The notes: generated by a model not told the origin, from the letters alone. Numbered from the stretch's first letter, positions 30,333-39,396 are shown. The stretch is DNA of 64,000 nucleotides from Lacibacter sp. (GCA_046593655.1 JBKJNM010000089.1:3375-67374); one strand, 5' to 3'. Program-made: numbers and translations.

Positions 30333-30368
30333 AAATAGAAAGGAGCCATAAAAGGCTCCTTTCTATTT
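30333..30368. terminator. Intrinsic terminator after the YtxH gene
   Basis: Perfect 15-bp inverted repeat AAATAGAAAGGAGCC-ATAAAA-GGCTCCTTTCTATTT. Confidence 0.85.
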
Positions 30369-30382
30369 ACTCAGACATCAAT

Positions 30383-30673
30383 TTATATGGATATTTGTTC
30401 TTTTATTTTGTTACCTGCGAGCTTTGTTGCATCCAGTATCTCCAATATCCTTCTTCTTGAATCTTCTTTAAGACCTCCAATTTCATGTTGAAAAACTTCT
30501 TTCAGTGCTTCCAATTCTTCTGCACTTTTTGATTTAACCCTGTTTAACCGGGCTCTAAGGTCAGTCACAGAATCACTTATTTTTTTCCTCGTATCAAATC
30601 CTTTTTCAGGGGCCATCAACATCCCAATAGCCGCACCTGCCGCTATGCAGGAAAAAATGAATTTCAAGTTCAT
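30383..30673 (-). CDS. YtxH domain protein
   Basis: GAAIGMLMAPEKGFDTRKKI signature followed by a coiled coil. Confidence 0.85.
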   Translation of the reverse strand: MNLKFIFSCIAAGAAIGMLMAPEKGFDTRKKISDSVTDLRARLNRVKSKSAEELEALKEVFQHEIGGLKEDSRRRILEILDATKLAGNKIKEQISI

Positions 30674-30709
30674 AGAATTTTATTTTAGGTGAATAATGAT
30701 AATATAATT

Positions 30710-30724
30710 CCAAGAACCTTGCCA
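30710..30724 (-). promoter_or_regulatory. Putative sigma-54 (-24/-12) promoter of ytxH
   Basis: TGGCAA-GGTTC-TTGG on the minus strand, about 37 nt before the ATG. Confidence 0.5.
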
Positions 30725-30820
30725 GAATGAATAGAATATCTTTTTTTCAATCCACATATTGGAAGTTGAATGAAGGAAGTAACTATTAATAAAACCTGGT
30801 TAATTGAAGAAGACTGTCAA

Positions 30821-31456
30821 TTACTTTCTGCCAAAGTCAGCAGGGTTTTCTCCCCATGCTTTGGTTTCCCATTTGAGGATTTTGTTCTTGAATTTATTTT
30901 CATGCAGCCAGTTTTCGGCACGGTGAATCAAATCAAAAATATGGTTGGTTTTTGCTGATTGTTCAAGATTGGTTTTGCATTTTTTTGCTTTTACCCAACT
31001 AATGGCATTACGGCTGTCGCTGTATATAGGCATGGATTGCAAATCATGTTTTTTGCAATAAGCTAAAGCATGTACAATAGCCAGAAATTCACCAATATTG
31101 TTGGTGCCATTGGCCAAAGGGCCTGTATGAAAAATTCTTGTACTGGTTTTATACAAAATACCCTGGTACTCCATATCTTTCTGCACACTGTTCCAGGCCG
31201 CATCCACAACTATACTATCATGTATGGGATTGCCAACCGCACTGTAGTCTTTAGCAGAAGCTCCTTTGTCTTTTTTATAGATATGTTTGGCAAAATGTTG
31301 TTTGTATGCAAGCTCAGCTTCTATCATAGTGGGGAATGATTTGTATGCCGCACCGGCGAAGCCCTCTACCTGTTGTTTGCAATCATTCCAACTGGTAAAA
31401 ATACCCGGTTCTTTTCCTTTCCATACAACATAATATTTTGGTTGAGTCTTACTCAT
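30821..31456 (-). CDS. rnhA: Ribonuclease HI with N-terminal hybrid-binding (viroplasmin-like) domain
   Basis: KYYVVWKGKEPGIFTSWNDCKQQVEGF, VDAAW, TNNIGEFLAIVHAL, IYSDS, KWETKAWGENPADFGRK. Confidence 0.93.
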   Translation of the reverse strand: MSKTQPKYYVVWKGKEPGIFTSWNDCKQQVEGFAGAAYKSFPTMIEAELAYKQHFAKHIYKKDKGASAKDYSAVGNPIHDSIVVDAAWNSVQKDMEYQGILYKTSTRIFHTGPLANGTNNIGEFLAIVHALAYCKKHDLQSMPIYSDSRNAISWVKAKKCKTNLEQSAKTNHIFDLIHRAENWLHENKFKNKILKWETKAWGENPADFGRK

Positions 31457-31586
31457 GTGGCTGCAATGTTAACAAAATAAATTTAAGGATAGACTTGCAG
31501 CATTTGCTGGGAAGATTTGAAACAGGTGAGACCTTAAATGTTTTTTAACTCTAAATTCTGCATCTTTGCACAGTAAATTAAATTCC

Positions 31587-32579
31587 ATGAAAAGAACCTC
31601 TTTGTTTGTAGTTGTATTATTATTCAGCATCAGTGCATTTACACAAAGCACTCCCTTACTTGTACAATTAGATAATAACAACAATCCCTACTTAAGTCAT
31701 AGCATAGGACCCAAAGAAAATTTTTACAGTATCGGACGTATTTATAATATGAGTCCAAGGGTATTTGCTCCTTATAACGGCTTAGAATTAACATCACCTT
31801 TAAGTATTGGTCAACAATTAAAAATCCCTTTGACCGAAGTCAATTTCTGGCAAACGGGTACAAGAAAAGAAAATGAAACTGTTATTCCTGTTTATCATGT
31901 TGTAAAGCAGGGCGAATTGCTTACAAGAGTCAGCCAGTTGTTTAAAACAGATAATGCTTCCATTAAATCATGGAATAATTTGAACAATGATGCAGTGAGT
32001 GTGGGTAGTAAAGTGATCATTGGTTTTTTGAAAGTTGATAAAACATTGTCTTCATTGGCAGCACAGGGAATGAATGTACGCAGTGAACCTACGCTTGTAA
32101 AACAGGAACAAAAGGTTGAAGTAAAAAAAGAAGAACCCAAAAAACAGGAGCCAATAGTAGTTAAAAAAGAAGAGCCTGTAAAACAGGATCGTCCTAAACA
32201 GGAAGTGAAAAAGGAAGAGCCGAAAATGGAAGTATCAACAGCAAGTTATTCCGGTAATGGTTTTTTTAGAGATGAATTTAACAGGCAGACCAACAATGGC
32301 AAACGTGTAAGTGGCAACAGTGGTGCTGGTTCTGTTTTCAAGAGTACAAGTGGCTGGAGCGATGGCAAATATTATGTGCTGGTGGATCATGTTGAAAAAG
32401 GCACCATTGTCATGATTAAAAATCCTTCAAACGGGAAAGCAGTATTTGCTAAAGTGTTGGGCGGAGTTGAAGAAACAAGCCCCGGCAGTGGATTGATGTT
32501 CAGGCTAAGTAATGCAGCAGCCGCCCAATTAGGTATCAGTGCCGAAAAGTTTAATGCAGAGATTGTTTGGGGGAAATAA
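31587..32579 (+). CDS. Secreted LysM-domain protein with charged linker and RlpA/DPBB-like C-terminus
   Basis: Signal peptide from MKRTS; two LysM-like repeats (LSIGQQLKIP; YHVVKQGE...SVGSKVII); KKEEPK repeats; VMIKNPSNGKAVFAKVLG...RLSNAAAAQLG. Confidence 0.8.
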   Translation: MKRTSLFVVVLLFSISAFTQSTPLLVQLDNNNNPYLSHSIGPKENFYSIGRIYNMSPRVFAPYNGLELTSPLSIGQQLKIPLTEVNFWQTGTRKENETVIPVYHVVKQGELLTRVSQLFKTDNASIKSWNNLNNDAVSVGSKVIIGFLKVDKTLSSLAAQGMNVRSEPTLVKQEQKVEVKKEEPKKQEPIVVKKEEPVKQDRPKQEVKKEEPKMEVSTASYSGNGFFRDEFNRQTNNGKRVSGNSGAGSVFKSTSGWSDGKYYVLVDHVEKGTIVMIKNPSNGKAVFAKVLGGVEETSPGSGLMFRLSNAAAAQLGISAEKFNAEIVWGK

Positions 32580-32629
32580 GCTAAGAGATCGAAAGAGATA
32601 AAAGAGAAGAAAGAAAAATCTATAAAATA

Positions 32630-32672
32630 AAAAGAGAAAAGGCAACATTTATGAATGTTGCCTTTCTCTTTT
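32630..32672. terminator. Bidirectional terminator between the LysM gene and fmt
   Basis: AAAAGAGAAAAGGCAACATT-TATG-AATGTTGCCTTTCTCTTTT. Confidence 0.85.
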
Positions 32673-32695
32673 ATCTCTTTTTACTTATAGAACTC

Positions 32696-33706
32696 TTAGC
32701 TCCTGTATCCTCTCAAAAAATCATCAATCAGCATTTTCTTTTTTCCTTCGAGTTGTAATTCCAAAACATGGATGTAGCCATTGCTACAGGTGAATTTTAA
32801 AAATGTTTTGCTGTCGGTTAAAAACTCTCCAATAGTCTGGCCGCCTGAAGCGGCCTGACCCGCAACAACCTCTTTCTTCGACCGGTAGATCTTCATCATC
32901 TTTCCATTAAACGTTGTAAAAGCTCCGGGAAAAGGAGAGAGCCCACGTATAAGATTGTGCACTTCATCAACAGGTTTGTTGAAATCAATTTTACAGGTTT
33001 CAGTAAATATTTTGGGGGCATGTTTGAGAGGTGAATGGTGAGTGGTGAATGGTGAATGAGAGTTTGTGGTTGTAGGGTCGTTCATTGTCCATTCAGCATT
33101 GACAATTGACGACTGATCTTTTTCTTCAATCGTTCCATTAAGTAATCCGTCAATTGTTTGTAAGAGCAATTTCGCTCCAACTTCTTTCATCCGATCATGT
33201 ACTTCTCCTGCCGTTTCATCTTCACCAATTAAAAAAGATTCCTGCAGCAATATATCACCGGTATCAATTTCATGTTTGAGTTTAAAAGTAGTAACACCTG
33301 TTTCAGGTTCTCCATTTATAACCGCCCAGTTAATAGGTGCGGCACCACGGTATTGAGGTAATAAACTTCCATGTACATTAATGGTGCCCATGGGAGGCAT
33401 GTTCCAAACAACCTCGGGCAACATACGAAAAGCAACAACAATCTGCAGATCAGCTTGCAATGATTTCAGCTCTTCTAAGAATGCAGTGTTCTTTAATTTT
33501 TCCGGTTGAAGAATGTGTAAGCCATTTTCAACTGCATATTTTTTTACTGCGCTTTCATTCATCTTTAAACCACGACCGGAAGGTTTATCAGGTGCTGTAA
33601 TTACACCCGCAATTTGGTAACCTGCCTTCACCAATGCATCTAATGAAGCAACAGCAAATTCAGGAGTACCCATAAAAATAATGCTGATGGATGATTTTTC
33701 AGTCAT
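32696..33706 (-). CDS. fmt: Methionyl-tRNA formyltransferase (with two in-frame repeat-derived insertions)
   Basis: IIFMGTPEFA, VITAPDKPSGRG, INVHGSLLPQYRGAAPINWA, IRGLSPFPGA; likely start MTEK at 33706. Confidence 0.96.
   Translation of the reverse strand: MTEKSSISIIFMGTPEFAVASLDALVKAGYQIAGVITAPDKPSGRGLKMNESAVKKYAVENGLHILQPEKLKNTAFLEELKSLQADLQIVVAFRMLPEVVWNMPPMGTINVHGSLLPQYRGAAPINWAVINGEPETGVTTFKLKHEIDTGDILLQESFLIGEDETAGEVHDRMKEVGAKLLLQTIDGLLNGTIEEKDQSSIVNAEWTMNDPTTTNSHSPFTTHHSPLKHAPKIFTETCKIDFNKPVDEVHNLIRGLSPFPGAFTTFNGKMMKIYRSKKEVVAGQAASGGQTIGEFLTDSKTFLKFTCSNGYIHVLELQLEGKKKMLIDDFLRGYRS
33030..33117. repeat. Paired inverted period-7 arrays inside fmt
   Basis: ggtgaat ggtgagt ggtgaat ggtgaat ... 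cattgtc cattcag cattgac aattgac gactgat. Confidence 0.85.
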
Positions 33707-33710
33707 GCGG

Positions 33711-33718
33711 CAAATGTA
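33711..33718 (-). promoter_or_regulatory. -7 element of fmt
   Basis: TACATTTG then CCGC then ATG (4-nt gap). Confidence 0.7.
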
Positions 33719-33867
33719 AATATAGAAAGACAAAAAAGACCAATGAAAAAATGAGGGAAAGCTCCAGACTACCAGGGGTGAGCTGTAAGGAAATACATTG
33801 TTGTTTTTTTAAACCTAATTTTTTCTTTCTTGAAACGTACGCTAAAAGCAAATAGCTTTCTTTAAAT

Positions 33868-34692
33868 TTACTTTGACTCCTGCTCATCCTCCACCTCAAT
33901 GATCTTATCTACCTGGTTGATCTTGGTAAGATTATTGCGTTGCAGAATTTCTTTCGCCAGGTTCAGATAGTTGATAGCACCTTTACTGTCGGCATCATAT
34001 AAAATAACCGGCTTGCCAAAACTGGGAGCTTCACTTAAACGTGTATTGCGGTGAATGATGGAATCGAACACAATGCCTTCAAAATGCCGGCGTACTTCGC
34101 TTACTACCTGGTTGCATAAACGCAAACGGCCATCATACATGGTCATTAAAATTCCTTCAATGGCCAGTGATGTGTTCAGGCGGCTTTGAACAATCTTAAT
34201 GGTGTTGAGTAATTTGCCCAAACCTTCCAATGCAAAAAATTCAGTTTGTACAGGAACCAATACAGAGTCAGCGGCTGTTAACGCATTCACCGTAATGAGG
34301 CCCAGTGAAGGGGAGCAATCAATCACAATAAAATCGTAATCGTTCTTTAAAGATTCAAGTAAATGTTTTAAAACGCCTTCCCGGTTGGGTTGATTGATCA
34401 TTTCAATTTCCGCACCTACCAAATCAATATGTGAAGGAATGAGATCGAGATTAGGTATTTCTGTTTTTAATATAACATCTTTTGCATTGGCACCATTTAC
34501 AAAACAGTCATACAGGCTTTGTTGAATATGATGCAGATCAAATCCAACGCCAGTTGTGCTGTTGGCCTGCGGATCAGCATCTACCAATAATGTTTTGTAT
34601 TCAAGCACGGCAAAACTGGCAGCAAGATTAATTGCTGTTGTAGTTTTGCCAACTCCACCTTTCTGATTTGCTATTCCAATAATTCGACCCAT
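33868..34692 (-). CDS. parA: ParA/Soj family ATPase
   Basis: [47 protein letters not shown]. Confidence 0.95.
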   Translation of the reverse strand: MGRIIGIANQKGGVGKTTTAINLAASFAVLEYKTLLVDADPQANSTTGVGFDLHHIQQSLYDCFVNGANAKDVILKTEIPNLDLIPSHIDLVGAEIEMINQPNREGVLKHLLESLKNDYDFIVIDCSPSLGLITVNALTAADSVLVPVQTEFFALEGLGKLLNTIKIVQSRLNTSLAIEGILMTMYDGRLRLCNQVVSEVRRHFEGIVFDSIIHRNTRLSEAPSFGKPVILYDADSKGAINYLNLAKEILQRNNLTKINQVDKIIEVEDEQESK

Positions 34693-34719
34693 ATTTTCAA
34701 ATTAATTAATCTTCCAACC

Positions 34720-35397
34720 TTACAGTTCAATCGTTTCACCAATGCCCGGCAATTTCAACTCTAATCCATTCCGTTCAAAATACTGTTGTGCTTTTTCTGG
34801 ATCTATAACAATATGAGGGAAGGTATTATAATGAACTCCAATAACTGTATGACAACTGATCATATGTGCTGCTCTTACTGCATCTTCCATTCCCATGGTG
34901 AAATTATCACCAATCGGCATGATGGAAAAAGCAATTGGCGAACCTTGTGGTATTAACTGCATATCCAATGTTAAACCCGTATCGCCACTGTAATAAAAAT
35001 TCTTTTGTCCCATTACTACAAAACCCATAGGGTTGCCACCATAACTGCCATCGGGTAAAGAAGAAGAGTGTTGTGCGGTAACACATTTCACCTTTCCAAA
35101 ATCAAAAGTCTTTCTGCCACCTGTATTCATTGGATGAATATTGTCCAAACCTTGTTTCATCAGCCATTGATAAATCTCCCAGTTACAGACAACCAATGCA
35201 CCGGTTCGGTTCGCAATACTTACACAATCTGCAACATGATCTTCATGGCCATGACTGATAAAAATATAATCTACCTCTATTGCATCAATGTCAACTGAAG
35301 CGGCCAACTCATTGGGTGAAATAAAAGGATCAAAGAGCAGCTTTTTCCCTTTTACCTCTACACAAAAACAGGAGTGGCCATAGTATGTAAATTTCAT
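34720..35397 (-). CDS. Metal-dependent hydrolase (metallo-beta-lactamase fold, UPF0173-like)
   Basis: YYGHSCF, LLFDPFI, SHGHEDH, YYSGDTG, PIGDNFTMG, GVHYNTF. Confidence 0.9.
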   Translation of the reverse strand: MKFTYYGHSCFCVEVKGKKLLFDPFISPNELAASVDIDAIEVDYIFISHGHEDHVADCVSIANRTGALVVCNWEIYQWLMKQGLDNIHPMNTGGRKTFDFGKVKCVTAQHSSSLPDGSYGGNPMGFVVMGQKNFYYSGDTGLTLDMQLIPQGSPIAFSIMPIGDNFTMGMEDAVRAAHMISCHTVIGVHYNTFPHIVIDPEKAQQYFERNGLELKLPGIGETIEL

Positions 35398-35594
35398 GAA
35401 TGCTTAAGTTTCAAAACGACTCAAAGACAGCAAAAACATTGATTTTCATCAGCGTAATGCCATACTGACAAAAATAAGGGTTCGGCATAATATTCGGGAA
35501 CAATAGTTATCCCCCGTATGTTATGGATATGTGTTGAAACCACTTATCAAAAATAACAGGTGGTTGCTTTTTTTATTCTTCAATTTTGACAATT

Positions 35595-36851
35595 ATGAGA
35601 AGGTTAGCTGGATCATGGATTTTTTTATTGATATTCATCCTGCTTGATATTTATGTTTTCCAGGCATTGAAACTTGTAGCAGGTGGATGGGCGCCTAAAA
35701 CAAGAATGATCGTTTACGGCGTTTACTGGAGCATTAGCATTCTTTCTGTTGCTTTAATGCTCAGTATTGTATTTACTAATTATGAAAACTGGCACAAACT
35801 GTTACGCACTTATGCATTTGCTGTGGTAATAGGATTATTCCTTGCCAAACTTCTTGCCAGTGCTTTTTTTCTTGTTGATGATGTAAGAAGAGTAATACAA
35901 TGGGCAGGCAGCTTTCTTTTCCCTGCATGGAATCCAAAAAATACCGGCGACGGAACAGGTATTACCCGATCAATGTTTCTCAGTTGGGCAGGTCTTGCAG
36001 TTGGCGGAGGCTTATTTACTACTTTATTGTACGGCTTTGGAAACAAATATAAATACAACCTGCAAAAACTGGCATTGAACTTTACCAATCTGCCAGCAGT
36101 ATTCAAAGGGTTTAAAATCATACACATCAGTGATATACATAGCGGAAGTTTTACTGATAAACAGGCAGTGATGAAAGGCATTGAAAAAATCAATCAGCAA
36201 AATGCGGATGTGATTTTATTTACGGGTGATTTGGTGAATAATGCTGCTGATGAAATGAAGGAGTATATGGATGTGTTCAGCAATTTAAAAGCTAAACATG
36301 GTGTGTACTCAACACTGGGTAATCATGATTATGGTTTTCCTACCGGTGCAACTAAAGATGAAGTGTTGCAAAAACAAATAGCCAATGCTGAAAAGGTTAA
36401 AGAAATACATGCTGCATTGGGTTGGAAATTATTAAGCAATGAACATGTATTGATTGAACGGGATGGCGAACATATTGCTGTATTAGGAGTTGATAATACC
36501 AGTGCCAAAGCCAACTTCCCTTCATTTGGGAAATTACAGCAAACACATGCGCCTACGAAAGATGTAGCATTTAAGATATTGATGAGTCATGACCCTTCGC
36601 ATTGGAATTTTGAAGTAACAAAGAGTTACAGTGATATTGATCTAACCCTCGCAGGGCATACACATGGTATGCAGTTTGGTGTGGAGTTACCCGGTTTTAA
36701 ATGGAGCCCGGTGAAGTATGTATATAAACAATGGGCCGGTTTGTATGAAGAGGCCAATCAGAAGCTTTATGTGAACCGTGGATTTGGTTTTATTGGTTAC
36801 CCCGGCCGTGTGGGTATTCTACCTGAAATCACGTTGATTGAACTTACTTAA
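35595..36851 (+). CDS. Membrane-anchored calcineurin-like metallophosphoesterase (YkuE-like)
   Basis: N-terminal TM helices; SDIHSG, GDLVN, LGNHDY, GHTHG, YVNRGFG. Confidence 0.9.
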   Translation: MRRLAGSWIFLLIFILLDIYVFQALKLVAGGWAPKTRMIVYGVYWSISILSVALMLSIVFTNYENWHKLLRTYAFAVVIGLFLAKLLASAFFLVDDVRRVIQWAGSFLFPAWNPKNTGDGTGITRSMFLSWAGLAVGGGLFTTLLYGFGNKYKYNLQKLALNFTNLPAVFKGFKIIHISDIHSGSFTDKQAVMKGIEKINQQNADVILFTGDLVNNAADEMKEYMDVFSNLKAKHGVYSTLGNHDYGFPTGATKDEVLQKQIANAEKVKEIHAALGWKLLSNEHVLIERDGEHIAVLGVDNTSAKANFPSFGKLQQTHAPTKDVAFKILMSHDPSHWNFEVTKSYSDIDLTLAGHTHGMQFGVELPGFKWSPVKYVYKQWAGLYEEANQKLYVNRGFGFIGYPGRVGILPEITLIELT

Positions 36852-36950
36852 CATTCCCTTACGAAGGAACTTGGGTGAGACGATAAATGTTGCACTCACA
36901 CCAAGCCGTGAGAGGTAGGTATTTCTTTTCTTACTATTAAACTAACTTGC

Positions 36951-36984
36951 AGTCGGGCGGTCTATTTGTTTTAGCCGCCCGACT
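36951..36984 (+). promoter_or_regulatory. GC-rich hairpin filling the predicted 5' UTR of the 36987 gene
   Basis: AGTCGGGCGG / CCGCCCGACT perfect 10-bp stem ending 2 nt before the ATG; preceded by TAACTTG. Confidence 0.6.
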
Positions 36985-36986
36985 TT

Positions 36987-37982
36987 ATGCCTAAACCACT
37001 TATTCAACTCTTACTGGCTTTGCTGCTTGTTGGTTCCGTGCATGCACAGGAAACAGTTATTGATTCAATCCCTCTTAATAAAGATTCTATTGAAAAAGAA
37101 TTAGATGATTTTTTGAAATTGTTTGATTCCATCCAACAACCTAAAAGTTATTTTTTAATTGGCGTTGGAATAGGGAACACGCAGTATAGTGTAAAAAATA
37201 TCTCTTTAAATGCACAGCAACCAACGAATAACCTCAGTATCATTCCAACACTTGGGTATTATCACAAGAGTGGCATTAGTCTTACCTACAACAACTACCT
37301 ATTAAAGGAAAAAGCATCCACTCAACTATTACAACACTCGCTTACATTTGCTTATGATAATGCAGGAAATAAGGCTGTTGACTACGGCATTTCATTTACA
37401 CGTTTTATGGCAAAGAAGGAGTTTGTAAATACATCCTCACCCTATGACAATGATCTGCTTGCGTATGTAAATAAGAAAGAAGGATTTTTTCAACCAGGTA
37501 TAATGCTTGGTTTCTCAGCAGGCAAATACAGGGAAACATCACTTTATCTAGATTCGCAGTATGTAATTTATCCGGGACCGGGCTATCGCTATTTTTATGT
37601 GAATGATACTTCTGCAATCAAAGTTCGTGACCTTACAATCATTCCTTACCTGCAATCAGAATTTGAATGGAAAGGAATTGGTAAAAAGGATTTGATTGTA
37701 TTTAAACCTTCTTTGATGTTTATTAGTGGGATCAATCAATTTACAATTGATTCTAAAGGAAGAAGGAGCGTTCTTCAATATCCAAGAATAGGAAGGAGTT
37801 ACTCTGAATCAGCATCTCAATCATCTGGCTTCAACCTGCAATCACTTGGATTTAGTTTTGATGCAACATGGTATATTGGAAAATTTTATATCAATCCGCA
37901 AGTTTATTTTGACTATTATTTGTTGAGCAGTGAAAATAAATTTAATACACTTTATACAGTACAGGCAGGGATCATGTTTTAA
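36987..37982 (+). CDS. Hypothetical outer-membrane beta-barrel protein
   Basis: Signal peptide (VHAQ), alternating aromatic beta-strands, C-terminal YTVQAGIMF. Confidence 0.7.
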   Translation: MPKPLIQLLLALLLVGSVHAQETVIDSIPLNKDSIEKELDDFLKLFDSIQQPKSYFLIGVGIGNTQYSVKNISLNAQQPTNNLSIIPTLGYYHKSGISLTYNNYLLKEKASTQLLQHSLTFAYDNAGNKAVDYGISFTRFMAKKEFVNTSSPYDNDLLAYVNKKEGFFQPGIMLGFSAGKYRETSLYLDSQYVIYPGPGYRYFYVNDTSAIKVRDLTIIPYLQSEFEWKGIGKKDLIVFKPSLMFISGINQFTIDSKGRRSVLQYPRIGRSYSESASQSSGFNLQSLGFSFDATWYIGKFYINPQVYFDYYLLSSENKFNTLYTVQAGIMF

Positions 37983-38078
37983 TTTTACAATTTTATTCAC
38001 TTCTTAACATATTTTTACCAGCGGCAAAATATCATTTGCACTTATTTAGCCGTCTATCAAACAACTAAAATCATATGT

Positions 38079-38666
38079 ATGAAAAGGTATAGTATTCTTC
38101 TTCTTGTTGCATTGGTTATTACTTCTGCATCATTTGCACAAAGTTTTAAGTTTGGACCCAAGCTGGGTGCAAATCTTGGGAAAATTGAAGGAAAGGGTTT
38201 CAGCGAAGCTTACACATTAGGTTATCATGTAGGTGGCTTTACGGAAATTGGTTTGGGTAAAAAGTTTGGTATCCAGGCCGAAGTATTGTTTAATCAAATT
38301 AATGGCGATACGGTTTCAGGATTCAAAGCAATTTATCAAAACATTGATCAGCAAAATTTTTCTGATCCGCAATTGAATTACTTAAGTATTCCTTTGTTGC
38401 TTACTTTTAAACCGGTAAAAGTATTAACCTTACAGTTGGGTCCTCAGTTCGGTATATTGATGGATAATAATAAAAATCTCATACAAAACGGAAAGGATGT
38501 ATTTAAGAAAGGTAACCTCTCCATGCTTGCAGGTGCACAATTGAATATACTGCGGGTAAGGGTATATGGGCGTTATGCAGTTGGCCTTAACAATATCAAT
38601 GATGTTGACGACCAGGAAAAATGGACAACAACCGGATTTCAGTTAGGAGTTGGGTTTGCGTTCTAA
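38079..38666 (+). CDS. Outer-membrane beta-barrel protein (PorT/porin-like)
   Basis: Signal peptide; FGPKLGANL, LNYLSIPLLL, GPQFGIL, GRYAVGL, FQLGVGFAF. Confidence 0.85.
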   Translation: MKRYSILLLVALVITSASFAQSFKFGPKLGANLGKIEGKGFSEAYTLGYHVGGFTEIGLGKKFGIQAEVLFNQINGDTVSGFKAIYQNIDQQNFSDPQLNYLSIPLLLTFKPVKVLTLQLGPQFGILMDNNKNLIQNGKDVFKKGNLSMLAGAQLNILRVRVYGRYAVGLNNINDVDDQEKWTTTGFQLGVGFAF

Positions 38667-38691
38667 CTAAAACATAGTTTCAATATATCAT

Positions 38692-38719
38692 AAGGCTTCC
38701 TCAACGGGACGCCTTTTTT
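38692..38719 (+). terminator. Intrinsic terminator
   Basis: AAGGCTTCC-TCAAC-GGGACGCCTT followed by a T run. Confidence 0.65.
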
Positions 38720-38819
38720 ATTGTCTGATTCTTTTTCAAACTTATATAATTAACAGATTAATAGATTTTAACCTGAGTATCAGTTTGTTAAGCTCATCTT
38801 TACAAATGCTCCTCAACTT

Positions 38820-38834
38820 TGGCACTGACTTTGA
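38820..38834 (+). promoter_or_regulatory. Putative sigma-54 (-24/-12) promoter
   Basis: TGGCAC-TGACT-TTGA with canonical 5-nt spacing, about 25 nt before the ATG. Confidence 0.6.
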
Positions 38835-38858
38835 AATATAATAACCAGTAAAAAATAA

Positions 38859-39332
38859 ATGTTTATGAAAAAGATTTTCTTATTGATAGTACTCGTGTCA
38901 GCAGCTTTATTTTCTAATCATGCAAAGGCTCAGATAAACGTTAACCTCGGACTTCAACCAGCTTGGGGTCCGGTCGGTTATAATCATGTGGATTATTATT
39001 ATTTACCTGATGTGGACGCCTATTATTATGTGCCAAACAAAAAGTTTATTTATTTAAACAATGGCAACTGGATTCATTCAAATGCATTACCTGTTCGTTA
39101 CAGTAATTATAATTTATACAGTGGATATAAAGTAGTGTTGAATGAACCAACCCCTTATTTACGTTATGCCAATCACAAAGCGGTTTATGCAAAATATAAG
39201 AATAACCACGGCAGGCAGGTAGCAATTAAAAACGCAAAAGGTCCTAAGGTAAATGTTGTTAAAAAAAGCAGCCCTGCAAAAGGCAATCCTGTTAAATCAC
39301 ATACAAAAGCAAAAGGGAAAAATAAAAATTAG
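38859..39332 (+). CDS. Hypothetical secreted Tyr-rich protein with basic low-complexity tail
   Basis: Signal peptide (AKAQ); QPAWGPVGY..VDYYYLPDVDAYY; Lys/Asn-rich C-terminus. Confidence 0.8.
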   Translation: MFMKKIFLLIVLVSAALFSNHAKAQINVNLGLQPAWGPVGYNHVDYYYLPDVDAYYYVPNKKFIYLNNGNWIHSNALPVRYSNYNLYSGYKVVLNEPTPYLRYANHKAVYAKYKNNHGRQVAIKNAKGPKVNVVKKSSPAKGNPVKSHTKAKGKNKN

Positions 39333-39357
39333 TAATTTGATCTATTGAAATAGCCTC

Positions 39358-39385
39358 CCCCGTTCAATTGAACGGGGTTTTTTTA
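39358..39385. terminator. Terminator between convergent genes
   Basis: CCCCGTTC-AATT-GAACGGGG followed by a T run. Confidence 0.8.
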
Positions 39386-39396
39386 TTTTTTGCTTT

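Noticed and set aside
32090-32225. Repeated aaagaagaacc/aaagaagagcc units as a DNA element
   Set aside because: They encode the KKEEPK linker repeats of the LysM protein; protein-level low complexity.
38024-38056. ECF-sigma promoter (CGTCTA -10) before the 38079 barrel gene
   Set aside because: No -35 element at a plausible spacing; not supportable.
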